A stretch of DNA of 60,180 nt from an uncultured Treponemataceae bacterium (GCA_964371295.1 CAYJLT010000001.1:1-60180); one strand, 5' to 3'. Shown: positions 37,026 to 47,298, numbered from the stretch's first letter. Numbers and translations: made by a program. Notes: a model not told the origin generated them from the sequence alone.

Positions 37026-37812
37026 GAATCCCAAATGCAACACCAACATTTAACGATGCTTTTATTCCTGAAAGAGGGATACTTACGTGCCCATAATCAG
37101 CTTTTTTTAGTGCGTCGGGGCTTATTCCAAGTTCTTCAGAGCCAATAATAACAATTCCCGTCTGTGGAAATTCAAACTCATTTATTGGGCATCCTCCCGT
37201 CTCGAGTGCAAATATTGGTATATCTTTGGGAAGTTCGTCCAAAGACAAGCGCTTAGTTTCTATATACTTGGAGCACCCCATCGCAGAGCGCTGAGCCCTT
37301 TGATGATTTTCATCCGTACAAAAAGGTGACAATAATACCCCCTCAAGACCAAAAGCCTCTGCGGTTCTGTAAATTGAGCCTAGATTAAATGGAGAGCGAA
37401 TGTCTTCCGCATAAACAAATGTGTTTGGAAAAAAAGACCGTACCGCTGATGGGCTTGAATGAGGAGCAACAACCAAATCCCACTCTGCTGGAAAAATTCC
37501 TATTATGTCTAAAAGGCGGTTTTTTGCATAATTGCATGTTCGCCTTTCATTAAAAGGTCTTTCATTTAAAAGCACTCGTAATTCTTTTTTTGCATCTCCT
37601 GGCAGTTTTGGGTCTTCAAGAACAAGACAGGCAAGCTTTTTTGTGTATTCTTCCCGTGACATTGTAGCAAACTTTTTTACTGAATTTGCACCAATATCGT
37701 TATAATCACAATCTATTCCTGCTATATCACGCTCAAGGGCTCCAAAGCAAAGCGCGATTTTTCGCCTTTTTAAGCCAGGTTTAAGTTGAAAGAGCTTATC
37801 GGGGTCTATCAT
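36973..37812 (-). CDS. SpoU/TrmH-family RNA 2'-O-methyltransferase-like protein
   Basis: C-terminal IVIIGSEELGIS and SIPLSGIKASLNVGVAFGILM motifs of the SPOUT fold, with a ~120-aa N-terminal extension. Confidence 0.75.
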   Translation of the reverse strand: MIDPDKLFQLKPGLKRRKIALCFGALERDIAGIDCDYNDIGANSVKKFATMSREEYTKKLACLVLEDPKLPGDAKKELRVLLNERPFNERRTCNYAKNRLLDIIGIFPAEWDLVVAPHSSPSAVRSFFPNTFVYAEDIRSPFNLGSIYRTAEAFGLEGVLLSPFCTDENHQRAQRSAMGCSKYIETKRLSLDELPKDIPIFALETGGCPINEFEFPQTGIVIIGSEELGISPDALKKADYGHVSIPLSGIKASLNVGVAFGILMQAWTHYLLAHPQKQI

Positions 37813-37817
37813 ATTTA

Positions 37818-38966
37818 TTAAAAGGCACTTTTTATTATTTCAAAAACATCATCCGCAGACATAGAGCGAGAAAAAGAATACATCCCAGATAGTTGTTCTG
37901 TGTTTTCTGCAACAAGAGCCAGCTGCTCCATTGAAATAGAAATATCTTTTAGACGGGCAGGCAAATTTGTTACTGCAATCTTATTTCTGATTACCTCAGA
38001 CAATCCTGAAATTGCTTCCTCATCAGAAACATCTTGGTTTATATTGTTTAATAACCGTGCTATTTTTGCAATCTTATCTGTTTTGTATTTTGAAACTTCT
38101 TCAACTATATGTGGAAGCAAAATTGCAGAGGTCAAGGAGCGTGAAATTTTTTGGCGTGCATTAATTGTAAGACTTATGCCAGATCCTACCCCAATTGAGC
38201 TTGATGCCGCGGCTAGGGAAATCATGCTTGCTGCTTGTAAAGATAACACCTCGCGTGATGACATTGAAGCTTCGTTTTGGTTTTCGTTTAGCACTGAGCC
38301 TAATAATGCGAGAGCTTTTTCGATTAAACTATCTGAGAAAAAATTTGCTCTTTGTGATGTGTAAGCTTCAATTGCAATACATAGTGTGTGCAAAATCATT
38401 GACATCCGCTGGCTTTCTGTAAATGAAACGGTAAGGGTTGGATCAAAAACTGCGAGACGGCATAAACCTGCTTGCATTTTCAACATTTTTACCTGTCGGC
38501 TACGTCCGTCAATAATTGGGGTTTTATCTGCAAAAATAAAGGGATCACACAATGTTGTCGGAACACATATTACAGGTAGCGCTCCCGAAGTCGGAGCCAT
38601 TCCTTCAACAAAATCATATATATCATGTAATTCATGAAAGAGAGCCGCGGCGCTTCTTGCAATATTACTGATTTTTGTTCCCCCAACAGCAATAATTCCA
38701 TGAACATGCGCTTCTCGACCAAGTGTAAAAACTTGCTGTATTACATTAGCATCTGGGGCAGGAGGAATTTCGTCATAAACGAAAAAGTCTATACTTCTTT
38801 CTTGTAAAGCAGAGGTAATTTTTTCGGTAATCCCAAACTCTGTTAGAACAGGATCGATTAATAGCATAAATCGAGTACCCCACTCTTTGGCAAACTGCCC
38901 TAATCTACTTGAAGCATATGAGCCTAAAACAATGTTTGGAGACAGTTTAAAAACAAAATCGGACAT
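37818..38966 (-). CDS. Iron-containing alcohol dehydrogenase family homologue, metal ligands degenerate
   Basis: 382 aa with family-wide similarity (IIAVGGTK, VICVPTT, IAIEAY, AILLPHIVE). The His-rich metal site is missing (see finding). Confidence 0.75.
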   Translation of the reverse strand: MSDFVFKLSPNIVLGSYASSRLGQFAKEWGTRFMLLIDPVLTEFGITEKITSALQERSIDFFVYDEIPPAPDANVIQQVFTLGREAHVHGIIAVGGTKISNIARSAAALFHELHDIYDFVEGMAPTSGALPVICVPTTLCDPFIFADKTPIIDGRSRQVKMLKMQAGLCRLAVFDPTLTVSFTESQRMSMILHTLCIAIEAYTSQRANFFSDSLIEKALALLGSVLNENQNEASMSSREVLSLQAASMISLAAASSSIGVGSGISLTINARQKISRSLTSAILLPHIVEEVSKYKTDKIAKIARLLNNINQDVSDEEAISGLSEVIRNKIAVTNLPARLKDISISMEQLALVAENTEQLSGMYSFSRSMSADDVFEIIKSAF

Positions 38967-38976
38967 AGACCTTGCT

Positions 38977-39264
38977 CTACAAGCCGAAGCTTTCCATTAT
39001 CTTGTCTGCGGTAGAAGAAATAACGTTTGCATCTAAATATGCAGGGTCTTGTATTTTTTCTTTTACCTGAGCAACTCGATCCATGCGAACATCGGGTGTT
39101 CCTGCAGCTATTTCAGACAAATACATGTCTTCTGCCATAGCACGTGCTTCACTAGAAATTTCGATACTATCATGACCAGCAGATACTCTCTCGTTTACTG
39201 CACTTCTTTGAGTTTTTTGTACGTCTTTTAGAGGATCTAATCTCCCTAATTTGTCAATAATCAT
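38977..39264 (-). CDS. flgM: Anti-sigma-28 factor FlgM
   Basis: 95 aa with the C-terminal RVAQVKEKIQDPAYLDANVISSTADKIMESF pattern of FlgM. Its start overlaps the rsmI stop by 4 nt. Confidence 0.75.
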   Translation of the reverse strand: MIIDKLGRLDPLKDVQKTQRSAVNERVSAGHDSIEISSEARAMAEDMYLSEIAAGTPDVRMDRVAQVKEKIQDPAYLDANVISSTADKIMESFGL

Positions 39265-40031
39265 ACTTTTCTTCGCCTCTCTTTCTTTGGCATTTCATTC
39301 CTAAGTTTGAGTTTCTTTACGCCCGCAACAAAAACTGCAAATTCCCCAAGAATTTTTGTTCTGTTTGCAAACTCATTATAAACTTCTGCAGCCGTCCCCT
39401 CTACAACTTCTTCGTGCATTTTAGTAAGTTCTCGACCAACTAAAACACGTCTGTCACTATCTATATCGGCAATTTCTGCTAAAAGTTTAACTATTCTGAA
39501 CGGAGATTCATAAAAAACAACCGCGCTTCCTGTTTCTAAAAGATCCTCAACCCTGCTTCTTCTTTTTCCAGACTTCACAGGCAAAAAACCTTCAAAAACA
39601 ATTGTTTTTCCACCTTCACCCGCAATACTTATAAGAGCAGCAAAGGCACATGCCCCTGGAATTGGCACAACTATGTGTCCTGAAGCTCTCACTCGGCTAA
39701 CCAAGACAGCACCTGGATCACTTATGCCAGGGGTTCCCGCATCACTTGCAAAAGCAATATTTTTGCCTTTATCAAGAAGCGCAATTATTTTTTCCGAAAC
39801 CTTTTCTTCGTTCTGGGCTCGACAAGAAATTAAGGGTTTTCGTATATTAAAATGCGTCAAAAGCTGCAATGTTCGCCGCGTATCTTCTGCTGCGACAAAG
39901 TCTACAGTTTCAAAAATCTCAACTGCACGATACGTAATGTCTTTTAAATTTCCTATTGGTGTTGCAACAACATATAACTCTGCCACAGTATAATTATACC
40001 CCTTTTTTTGCATATTAACAAGCGGCTGCAT
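39261..40031 (-). CDS. rsmI: 16S rRNA (cytidine1402-2'-O)-methyltransferase
   Basis: LYVVATPIGNLKDIT and DAGTPGISDPG motifs. The start may be the second ATG at 40013. Confidence 0.9.
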   Translation of the reverse strand: MQPLVNMQKKGYNYTVAELYVVATPIGNLKDITYRAVEIFETVDFVAAEDTRRTLQLLTHFNIRKPLISCRAQNEEKVSEKIIALLDKGKNIAFASDAGTPGISDPGAVLVSRVRASGHIVVPIPGACAFAALISIAGEGGKTIVFEGFLPVKSGKRRSRVEDLLETGSAVVFYESPFRIVKLLAEIADIDSDRRVLVGRELTKMHEEVVEGTAAEVYNEFANRTKILGEFAVFVAGVKKLKLRNEMPKKERRRKV

Positions 40032-40132
40032 AATAAATTAATGATATTCGTACACAAACCAACAAAATATTTTCTTTTATTGCAAAAAAATGAAAATATT
40101 TTTAAAAAATTATTCCATTTTTTAAAAAAGCA

Positions 40133-40141
40133 TGTTATACT
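40133..40141 (+). promoter_or_regulatory. Extended -10 promoter upstream of the GH/ppx/ppk genes
   Basis: TGTTATACT. The 10-mer ATGTTATACT is identical to the glgX promoter. Here a leader of about 35-65 nt follows. Confidence 0.5.
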
Positions 40142-40214
40142 GTAAATGAAGTATTTTTGAAAAATAATATACCCTGACAATAAGATGTGTGCGTTGCAAA
40201 AAGAAGGAGTACCG

Positions 40215-41645
40215 GTGAGTAAGCGCGATTTCCCGAAAATACATTTTTACGATCAAGACTTTGTGGATATATACGATAAAACATGGGCTTGGGTTCAAGA
40301 CTTTTGGAAAGATGGAAAAACACAAGAGACCTCTTTAGATGGCTGTTTTGTTTATCCATATGAGTCTAGTTATATTGTGGATCAGCTTGAAACCATTTTT
40401 TCCTCTTTTTTTCTTGTATACTCAAATAGAAATTTTCCAGCACATCAAAACCTGGACTTCTTATATGCTCGTCAAGAGAAAAATGGTGCTATTCGGTGGA
40501 AATATGAGCTATCAAAAAAAGCTCCTGTTATGGATAGCACAAACCCAGAAGGAATAGGCCTTCCTCTTTTTGCTTGGGCTGAGTTTAATTTATATCATAA
40601 AACAGCAAACAAAAAGCGCATAAAAGAAGTTATGCCCGTATTGCAAAAATATTCAACATGGATAGAAACGACATTTAAGAAAGATAACAATTTATACTCT
40701 GTTCCGTTTGAAGCAAGCACAATGTTTAATTCTCCTCGAGACAAAACCGTTTATCCAATAGACTTTAATGCTACAATGGCTATTAACGCCTTATACATGG
40801 CGGCCCTTGGAGATATTATTAATGATAAAGATTTAAACTTCCAGTATAAAAAGCTTTATTTTTCTTTAAAAACTCACATAAATTCTCAGATGTGGGATAA
40901 TGAAACTGGCTTTTATTACGACCTCGATGCAAACGGAAAAAAACTAATGCATAAAACTGTTGCAAATTTTTGGCCTCTTTTAGCAGAAATACCAAACGAA
41001 GACAAAGCCGAAAAGTTAATTTCCTATTTATCAGACCCAAACTCTTTTGGAACAGACCATCCGTTTCCCTCTCTCTCGGTAGACCATAAAAGATTTAGTA
41101 AAGATGGAGAAGGCTACAGAGGTAGTGTTTTCCCCGCCTTTAACTTTATGATTATAAAGGGCTTAGAAAAATATCAACGCTATGATTTAGCAAGGGAAGC
41201 CTCTATCCGACATCTTTATCATATGCTAGATGCACTATTTCCAGAAGGTTCAAGTAAAAATGGTGACCTTTGGGAGGCATATCTTCCACTACAAGATGGC
41301 TATGCTAAAATGGCAAACAGTGAAACCTTCCCTAAAAAAAGACATATCTCTTTTGCAGGTCTTTCCACGATAGCAATTATGATAGAAAACATAATTGGGC
41401 TTAATATCAGTCTCCCACGTAAAACAGTAGACTGGACTATTCCAAATTTAGAAATGATGGGAATAGAAAATCTTTCACTTACAAGAAATTTGATTACGAT
41501 TCTTTCAAACAAAAGTTCTCGTGGATGGGAAATACAGATGGAAAGCGAAAAGCTTTATTATTTTACAATAAACATCTTGGGTGAAAAGAAAAAGACACTC
41601 CCTATTCCTTCAGGAAAGTGTTCTATGCTTATTGATAAGCTATAA
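40215..41645 (+). CDS. (alpha/alpha)6-barrel glycoside hydrolase, GH63/trehalase-like
   Basis: The YRGSVFPAFNFMIIKGL and LWEAY segments resemble the GH63/GH37-type clan. The GTG at 40215 lies 5 nt after AAGGAG. The ORF track ATG at 40185 has no SD. Confidence 0.65.
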   Translation: MSKRDFPKIHFYDQDFVDIYDKTWAWVQDFWKDGKTQETSLDGCFVYPYESSYIVDQLETIFSSFFLVYSNRNFPAHQNLDFLYARQEKNGAIRWKYELSKKAPVMDSTNPEGIGLPLFAWAEFNLYHKTANKKRIKEVMPVLQKYSTWIETTFKKDNNLYSVPFEASTMFNSPRDKTVYPIDFNATMAINALYMAALGDIINDKDLNFQYKKLYFSLKTHINSQMWDNETGFYYDLDANGKKLMHKTVANFWPLLAEIPNEDKAEKLISYLSDPNSFGTDHPFPSLSVDHKRFSKDGEGYRGSVFPAFNFMIIKGLEKYQRYDLAREASIRHLYHMLDALFPEGSSKNGDLWEAYLPLQDGYAKMANSETFPKKRHISFAGLSTIAIMIENIIGLNISLPRKTVDWTIPNLEMMGIENLSLTRNLITILSNKSSRGWEIQMESEKLYYFTINILGEKKKTLPIPSGKCSMLIDKL

Positions 41646-41683
41646 TAGCATTTTTTTGAACTCTTTCGCTCTTAGGTTATGGT

Positions 41684-43210
41684 ATGAAAACAATTGAAGC
41701 TGTTATTGAATTAGGGTCAACTGGCGCTCGCCTTATGGTTTTTGAGGTGGACTCTGATGGTACATGGGAAATTATCGACAAATCAGAACAAACTCTCTCT
41801 TTAGGCTGGGATGTTTTTACTACTGGCGTTGTTAGCCGTGAAAGTTTATTGCAATGTTTGGAAATCTTTGAAAGTTTTAGAGAGCAACTAGAAGGGTGGA
41901 ACCTGAAGCCCTTTCAAGTAAGATCCTTTGCAACAAGTGCTCTACGAGAAGCCCAAAACAGAGATACTTTTTTAGATCGTATCCTTGTTAAAACAGGATT
42001 CCCTGTAAAAGTAATTGATGGTATTGAAGAAAGCCGGTTAATGTATTTAGCCGTATTAGATGTTTTGCGACAAGATAACCCCCGAAGGCAAAATAAAAAC
42101 TCTGTTATTCTTGAAATCGGTGGTGGTTCCACTGAAATAATGTTATTACAGCGAGACAAAATTGTAACCGTACACAGCTTGCGGCTAGGGACAGTTCTCA
42201 TTAACCAGCATATAAAAGCTATGGCAGGGTCGCAAAATGATACAAAGCGTTATCTTGAAGATTTTATAAAAAATGCAGGTATAAACTTAAACTTGGGGGC
42301 TCGCCTTCAAAAAATTCACCAGTTTATTACAATAGGAACAGAAGCAAAAATTATCGCAAATCAAATAGGAACATCCCTCGGAGCCAGAACATGGTCAATT
42401 CCAAGAAAAACTTTCTTGGCTTTTGCCGATGAAATTGAACAGCTTTCTCTTGAGGAGGTTGCTGCTAAATTTCAAATTGCATACAGCCTTGTAAAATCGC
42501 TACCTGTAACACTATTGATTTATAAATTGTTTTTAGAGTTTACAATGGCGGAAGAATTTATAGTTTTAGATACCACAATCCGTGAAGGACTTATTTCGAG
42601 CAAGTTTTCAAACACCGCTTTTTTAGAAGAAAATTTTTTTACTCAAACACTAGCTTCAGCACTCAACATAGGTCGAAAATATAAGTTTGACGAAGCTCAT
42701 GCAAAACATGTCCGGAAAACAGCCTTAAAAATATATGATGCAATGAGGTCTGTCCTGGGCTTTCAAAGTGATGATAGATTTCTGCTCGAGATTGCCTCTC
42801 TTTTACATGATGTAGGAACCTTTATTGGAGAGGCAAACCATGAGGTCCACAGCCACTATATTATTTCACAATCAAACATATTTGGGTTAGAAAAAGGCGC
42901 ATTGAATATAATAGCCCTTATAGCTCGATACCACAGAGGCCCTGTTACAGTACCAGTAGAAAAAGACTTTACCTCTTTGCCGAGAAAAGATCGTATGAAA
43001 GTTTTAAAACTTTCTGCAATCCTCAGAATAGCAGATGCCCTTGATAGAGGACATTCTCAACATATTCCAAATGTTTCAGTATATTTAAGAGAAAATATGC
43101 TTGTTTTAGAAATAAAAGAAATTAGAGATGTAAATTTAGAGAAGCAGTCAGTTGCCAAAAAAAGCGATTTATTTGAATCTGCTTTTGGATATACTGTGCT
43201 CATAACATAG
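41684..43210 (+). CDS. ppx: Exopolyphosphatase, Ppx/GppA family with HD domain
   Basis: N-terminal actin-like ATPase motifs (IELGSTGARL, LEIGGGSTE) and a C-terminal HD region (LLHDVG). Confidence 0.88.
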   Translation: MKTIEAVIELGSTGARLMVFEVDSDGTWEIIDKSEQTLSLGWDVFTTGVVSRESLLQCLEIFESFREQLEGWNLKPFQVRSFATSALREAQNRDTFLDRILVKTGFPVKVIDGIEESRLMYLAVLDVLRQDNPRRQNKNSVILEIGGGSTEIMLLQRDKIVTVHSLRLGTVLINQHIKAMAGSQNDTKRYLEDFIKNAGINLNLGARLQKIHQFITIGTEAKIIANQIGTSLGARTWSIPRKTFLAFADEIEQLSLEEVAAKFQIAYSLVKSLPVTLLIYKLFLEFTMAEEFIVLDTTIREGLISSKFSNTAFLEENFFTQTLASALNIGRKYKFDEAHAKHVRKTALKIYDAMRSVLGFQSDDRFLLEIASLLHDVGTFIGEANHEVHSHYIISQSNIFGLEKGALNIIALIARYHRGPVTVPVEKDFTSLPRKDRMKVLKLSAILRIADALDRGHSQHIPNVSVYLRENMLVLEIKEIRDVNLEKQSVAKKSDLFESAFGYTVLIT

Positions 43211-43220
43211 AAGGGGCTAC

Positions 43221-45377
43221 ATGGCAGCAAAAACAGATAAATCAAAACCTCCTCTGTATATTAACCGCGAACTTTCTTGGATTGACTTTAATGCCCGTGT
43301 ATTAAGCCTTGCACAAAACAAAAAAATCCCGTTGTTTGAACGACTAAAATTTCTTTCTATAGTTTCATCAAACTTTGATGAATTTTTTATGGTTAGAGTT
43401 GCAGGTTTAAAAAGACAGTCTCGTCAAGAACTTGCTTGGAAAGATATTTCTGGTTTTAGTGCAAAAGAACAACTAGCGGCCATATCTAAGCGCGCACATG
43501 AGCTTTTTGATATTCAGCATACACTTTTTGGCCATGAAATAATTAATGAACTCAAAAAAGAGGGCATTGTATACACACACCCAAGCAAATTTTCTTCTAG
43601 CGAAAAACAATTTACGGAAAATCTCTTTAGAGAGCAAGTCTTTCCCTTGCTCACCCCTTTGCGAGCAGAAAGTGAAAATGAACTACCCCCTATAGCTAAT
43701 TTAAAAGTACATGTTGCCTTTTTGCTAAATGCAATAATTGATGGAGAAGGTTTATACTCCACAGAAAAGACAGAAGAAAAGACTCCTTTGGCTTTTGTGC
43801 AAGTACCCTCTATGCTAGACAGAATTATTTGGTTGCCATCACAAGAAGGAGCGCATCGTTTTTCTCTTCTAGATGATATTATTGTTTTGTACGGAACAAG
43901 TTTATTCCCAGGCTATTCTGTTGGTCAAACGCTTGTGTTTAAAGCAGTTTGTGACGCAGCCTTTGCAGTTGATGAAGAGAGTGATGAAAACTTTATTAAA
44001 GCTATGGAGGATGTCCTAATTGCCCGAAAAAAATCTGTGCCAATTCGCTTAACCTGTACGTCAACGGGGGGAGAGATTGCAAAAATTCTAATTGAAAAAA
44101 CTAGTTTGAAGCCTAGCGATGTCTATAGCACAGAAACACCTTTTATTGATTTAAAAAGCTTCATTGCTCTTGAGTCTTTAGAAGGTTTTTCTCACTTACG
44201 ATATCCTTCATGGAGAAGCAGCTACCCTGCTTCTCTTGAGCAAAAACAACCTCTATGGGATGTCTTAAAGCAAAAAGATATACTGCTGCATGTGCCTTAT
44301 GAGTCATATGAGCCAGTTTTACAGTTTGTAAATGATGCTGCAGAAGATGATGATGTTCTTGCAATTAAAATGACGCTCTATAGGACAAGTGGTAATTCTC
44401 CGTTAATAAAAAGCCTCATAAAGGCAGCTAGAAACGGAAAGCAAGTAACTGTTTTTGTTGAAGTAAAAGCTCGTTTTGATGAAGAGAGAAACATGTCGTG
44501 GGCAAACATTCTTCAACAAGAAGGTGCTATAGTTATTTATGGGTTAGCCCATTTGAAAGTGCACGCAAAAATGCTTTTAGTTGTTAGACGAGAGACAGCT
44601 GGCTTTATTCGCTATGTACACATGGGAACAGGAAATTATAACGAAAAAACTTCTCGCCTCTACGTTGATATGTCTCTTTTTACAACAAACATAGAAATAG
44701 CAAATGATGTGAATCTCCTGTTTAATATGATTTCAGGATATTCTGCTGTTCAAAGTATGAATAGGCTTTTTATGGCTCCCGTCCACCTAAAGGCGCAACT
44801 CTTGGCAATGATAGAAAGAGAAATAAAAAATTCTACTAAAGAAAACCCTGGCCTTATTATGGCAAAAATGAATAGCCTTGCACACCCCGAAATTATTCGA
44901 GCTCTTTACAGGGCAAGTTGCAACCATGTAAAAATTTTGTTAAATGTTCGCGGCATATGCATGCTTGTGCCAGGAGTTAAAGGGCAAAGTGAGAATATCA
45001 AGGTGATAAGTATTGTCGATCGCTACTTAGAGCATACAAGAATTTTTTACTTTCAAAACGGTAGCTCTGAAGAAATATATTTATCAAGCGCAGACTGGAT
45101 GCCTCGAAACCTTGAAAAAAGGGTGGAGTTAATGTTTCCTATTTTGCAACAAGATGTATCAGCTACAATAAAAGATATTTTGCATACATATTTTTTGGAC
45201 AACCAAAACTCTTATATATTGAATGCTGATAGTACATGGACAAAAATTCCTTCAAACAATGAACAGCCCTTGCGAAGCCAAGAACACTTTTATGCTATTT
45301 ATAAAAAAAAGGCATTAAAAGAAAGTAACAAAACAAAAAAAGCTTTTACTGTTAGAAGAAAGTCAAAAAATCGATAA
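43221..45377 (+). CDS. ppk: Polyphosphate kinase 1
   Basis: N-terminal YINRELSWIDFNARVL, HLKVHAKMLLV (the phosphohistidine region), and 718 aa in length. Confidence 0.95.
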   Translation: MAAKTDKSKPPLYINRELSWIDFNARVLSLAQNKKIPLFERLKFLSIVSSNFDEFFMVRVAGLKRQSRQELAWKDISGFSAKEQLAAISKRAHELFDIQHTLFGHEIINELKKEGIVYTHPSKFSSSEKQFTENLFREQVFPLLTPLRAESENELPPIANLKVHVAFLLNAIIDGEGLYSTEKTEEKTPLAFVQVPSMLDRIIWLPSQEGAHRFSLLDDIIVLYGTSLFPGYSVGQTLVFKAVCDAAFAVDEESDENFIKAMEDVLIARKKSVPIRLTCTSTGGEIAKILIEKTSLKPSDVYSTETPFIDLKSFIALESLEGFSHLRYPSWRSSYPASLEQKQPLWDVLKQKDILLHVPYESYEPVLQFVNDAAEDDDVLAIKMTLYRTSGNSPLIKSLIKAARNGKQVTVFVEVKARFDEERNMSWANILQQEGAIVIYGLAHLKVHAKMLLVVRRETAGFIRYVHMGTGNYNEKTSRLYVDMSLFTTNIEIANDVNLLFNMISGYSAVQSMNRLFMAPVHLKAQLLAMIEREIKNSTKENPGLIMAKMNSLAHPEIIRALYRASCNHVKILLNVRGICMLVPGVKGQSENIKVISIVDRYLEHTRIFYFQNGSSEEIYLSSADWMPRNLEKRVELMFPILQQDVSATIKDILHTYFLDNQNSYILNADSTWTKIPSNNEQPLRSQEHFYAIYKKKALKESNKTKKAFTVRRKSKNR

Positions 45378-45388
45378 GCTGAGTAAAT

Positions 45389-47296
45389 TTAACGTAAGTA
45401 GACCATTAGTAGCATAACATCAGAGTTTCTGATTCCTGAAATCCTACTCGCTTGCCCAAGGGTTGTTGGGCGAATTTTTTCAAGTTTTTGTTTTGATTCA
45501 TTTGATAAACTTGGAATGCTTGCATAATCAAAATTTTCCGGTATTTTAGCATGTTCCATTTTATGCATTTTTTCAATGCGCTTGTCTTGCTTTTCTACAT
45601 AATGTTTATATTTAAAATCTATTGCTGCAGCTTCAAGAATTTCATGAGGGTATATTTTTGAAAGCTCGCCACAAAAAAGCATTTCTTCTGTAACCAAGGT
45701 TGCATCTTTTTCAAAACACGAAATTATTTCTCGTTTTTGCTCTAGTTTTTGAGATAGCCTTTCCATTTGTTTTTCAGTTTTTAACCCGACGGCATAAGCC
45801 TTTGAAAAAAGCCTCTCATCAGCTGTATCATGGCGTAGTTTAAGTCGATACTCTGCTCGTGCGGTAAACATCCTGTAAGGCTCTTTTGTTCCTAGCGTCA
45901 CTAAATCATCAATTAAAACTCCAATATATGCTTCATCTCGCCCTAAAATTAAGGGGTTATACGTGGGAGTATCTGAGAGCCTATCTTTATGACCTGCACT
46001 ATGCACTTCTTTACCTGCAACATCAAGATATGTTGTATGATCGCCACATAATGCCATATGTGCTTTTGAGTACAAAGACGCATTAATTCCAGCAACAAGA
46101 CCTTGCCCCGCTGCTTCTTCATAACCCGACGTCCCATTAATTTGCCCGGCGGTAAAAAGACCTGCCACTTTTTTTGTTTCAAGGCTTGCAAATAGCTCTG
46201 TTGGGTCAATATAGTCATACTCAACTGCATAGCCAGGACGCGAAATAATTGCATTTTTAAAGGCATCCATTGAGCGCAAAAACTTATCTTGAATATCTTC
46301 GGGCAAAGAGGAGGAAAACCCATTTAAGTACATTTCTTCTGTAAATAAACTTTCTGGCTCTAAAAACAGCTGATGTCTGTCTCTTTCGGCAAAACGAACA
46401 ACCTTGTCTTCAATTGAGGGGCAATAACGAGGGCCAGTACCACTTATTTTTCCTGAAAAAAGTGGGGATAGGTCTATGTTTTTGCGAATTATTTCATGGG
46501 TTATTTCATTTGTATAAGCAAGGTAGCAAGGAACCATGGGGCGGTCGACCAATTCAGTATCAAACGAAAAGGGGATAACCTTTTCATCTCCTTCTTGGAT
46601 TTCTAGAGATGAAAAATCTATGCTTGGCCGGAGAATTCTTGGTGGTGTTCCTGTTTTCAATCGCCCCGTTGCAAAACCAAGCCTGTTTAGAGCCTCCGTT
46701 AAACCAAAGGCTGCTTGTTCCCCAAGCCTACCGCAGCTTTCGTCATATTGGCCTATGAAGATTTTACCACCTAAAAAGGTACCTGTTGTTAATACGGCAG
46801 ATCTAACAGGAATTCGCCGTCCTCTTTGAGTAATCAAGGCAGTAACTTTTTGCTCTCGAGTACTTTTATTATCTGCTTGGGTTGTTTCTATGTCGATAAC
46901 GGTATCTTGGAGCATATGAATATTTTCTTGTGATTCGAGGGTTTTTCTTGCGATATCAGCATATAAAATTTTATCGGCTTGGCTTCTTGGCGCTTGTACT
47001 GCAGGTCCCTTACTTTTGTTTAACAGTCGAAACTGTAACATTGATTGATCAATAATCTTACCCATTTCACCGCCGAGTGCATCTATTTCGCGAACTATGT
47101 TTCCTTTAGCAATCCCCCCAATAGAAGGATTACAAGAAAGACGACAAATTGCATCAATTGATTGTGTAATTACTATGGTCTTGTTACCCATTCGAGCAGA
47201 AGCCAATGCTGCTTCTAGACCAGCATGTCCTGCGCCAACAACAGCAACATCAAAAGAGTCATAAAATCCACATGTAGGAGCTTTTTGTTTATTCAT
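45389..47296 (-). CDS. mnmG: tRNA uridine 5-carboxymethylaminomethyl modification enzyme MnmG
   Basis: FDVAVVGAGHAG, TGPRYCPSIEDK, GQINGTSGYEEAA and GTKEPYRMFTARAEYRL. The start may be 47296 or 47308. Confidence 0.95.
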   Translation of the reverse strand: MNKQKAPTCGFYDSFDVAVVGAGHAGLEAALASARMGNKTIVITQSIDAICRLSCNPSIGGIAKGNIVREIDALGGEMGKIIDQSMLQFRLLNKSKGPAVQAPRSQADKILYADIARKTLESQENIHMLQDTVIDIETTQADNKSTREQKVTALITQRGRRIPVRSAVLTTGTFLGGKIFIGQYDESCGRLGEQAAFGLTEALNRLGFATGRLKTGTPPRILRPSIDFSSLEIQEGDEKVIPFSFDTELVDRPMVPCYLAYTNEITHEIIRKNIDLSPLFSGKISGTGPRYCPSIEDKVVRFAERDRHQLFLEPESLFTEEMYLNGFSSSLPEDIQDKFLRSMDAFKNAIISRPGYAVEYDYIDPTELFASLETKKVAGLFTAGQINGTSGYEEAAGQGLVAGINASLYSKAHMALCGDHTTYLDVAGKEVHSAGHKDRLSDTPTYNPLILGRDEAYIGVLIDDLVTLGTKEPYRMFTARAEYRLKLRHDTADERLFSKAYAVGLKTEKQMERLSQKLEQKREIISCFEKDATLVTEEMLFCGELSKIYPHEILEAAAIDFKYKHYVEKQDKRIEKMHKMEHAKIPENFDYASIPSLSNESKQKLEKIRPTTLGQASRISGIRNSDVMLLMVYLR

Positions 47297-47298
47297 TT

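Noticed and set aside
40146-40160. Mini-ORF ATG AAG TAT TTT TGA immediately after the 40133-40141 promoter, considered as a leaderless leader peptide.
   Set aside because: The ATG lies only 4 nt after the -10 element, so it would probably be upstream of or truncated by the start site. A four-codon ORF in AT-rich DNA is expected by chance.
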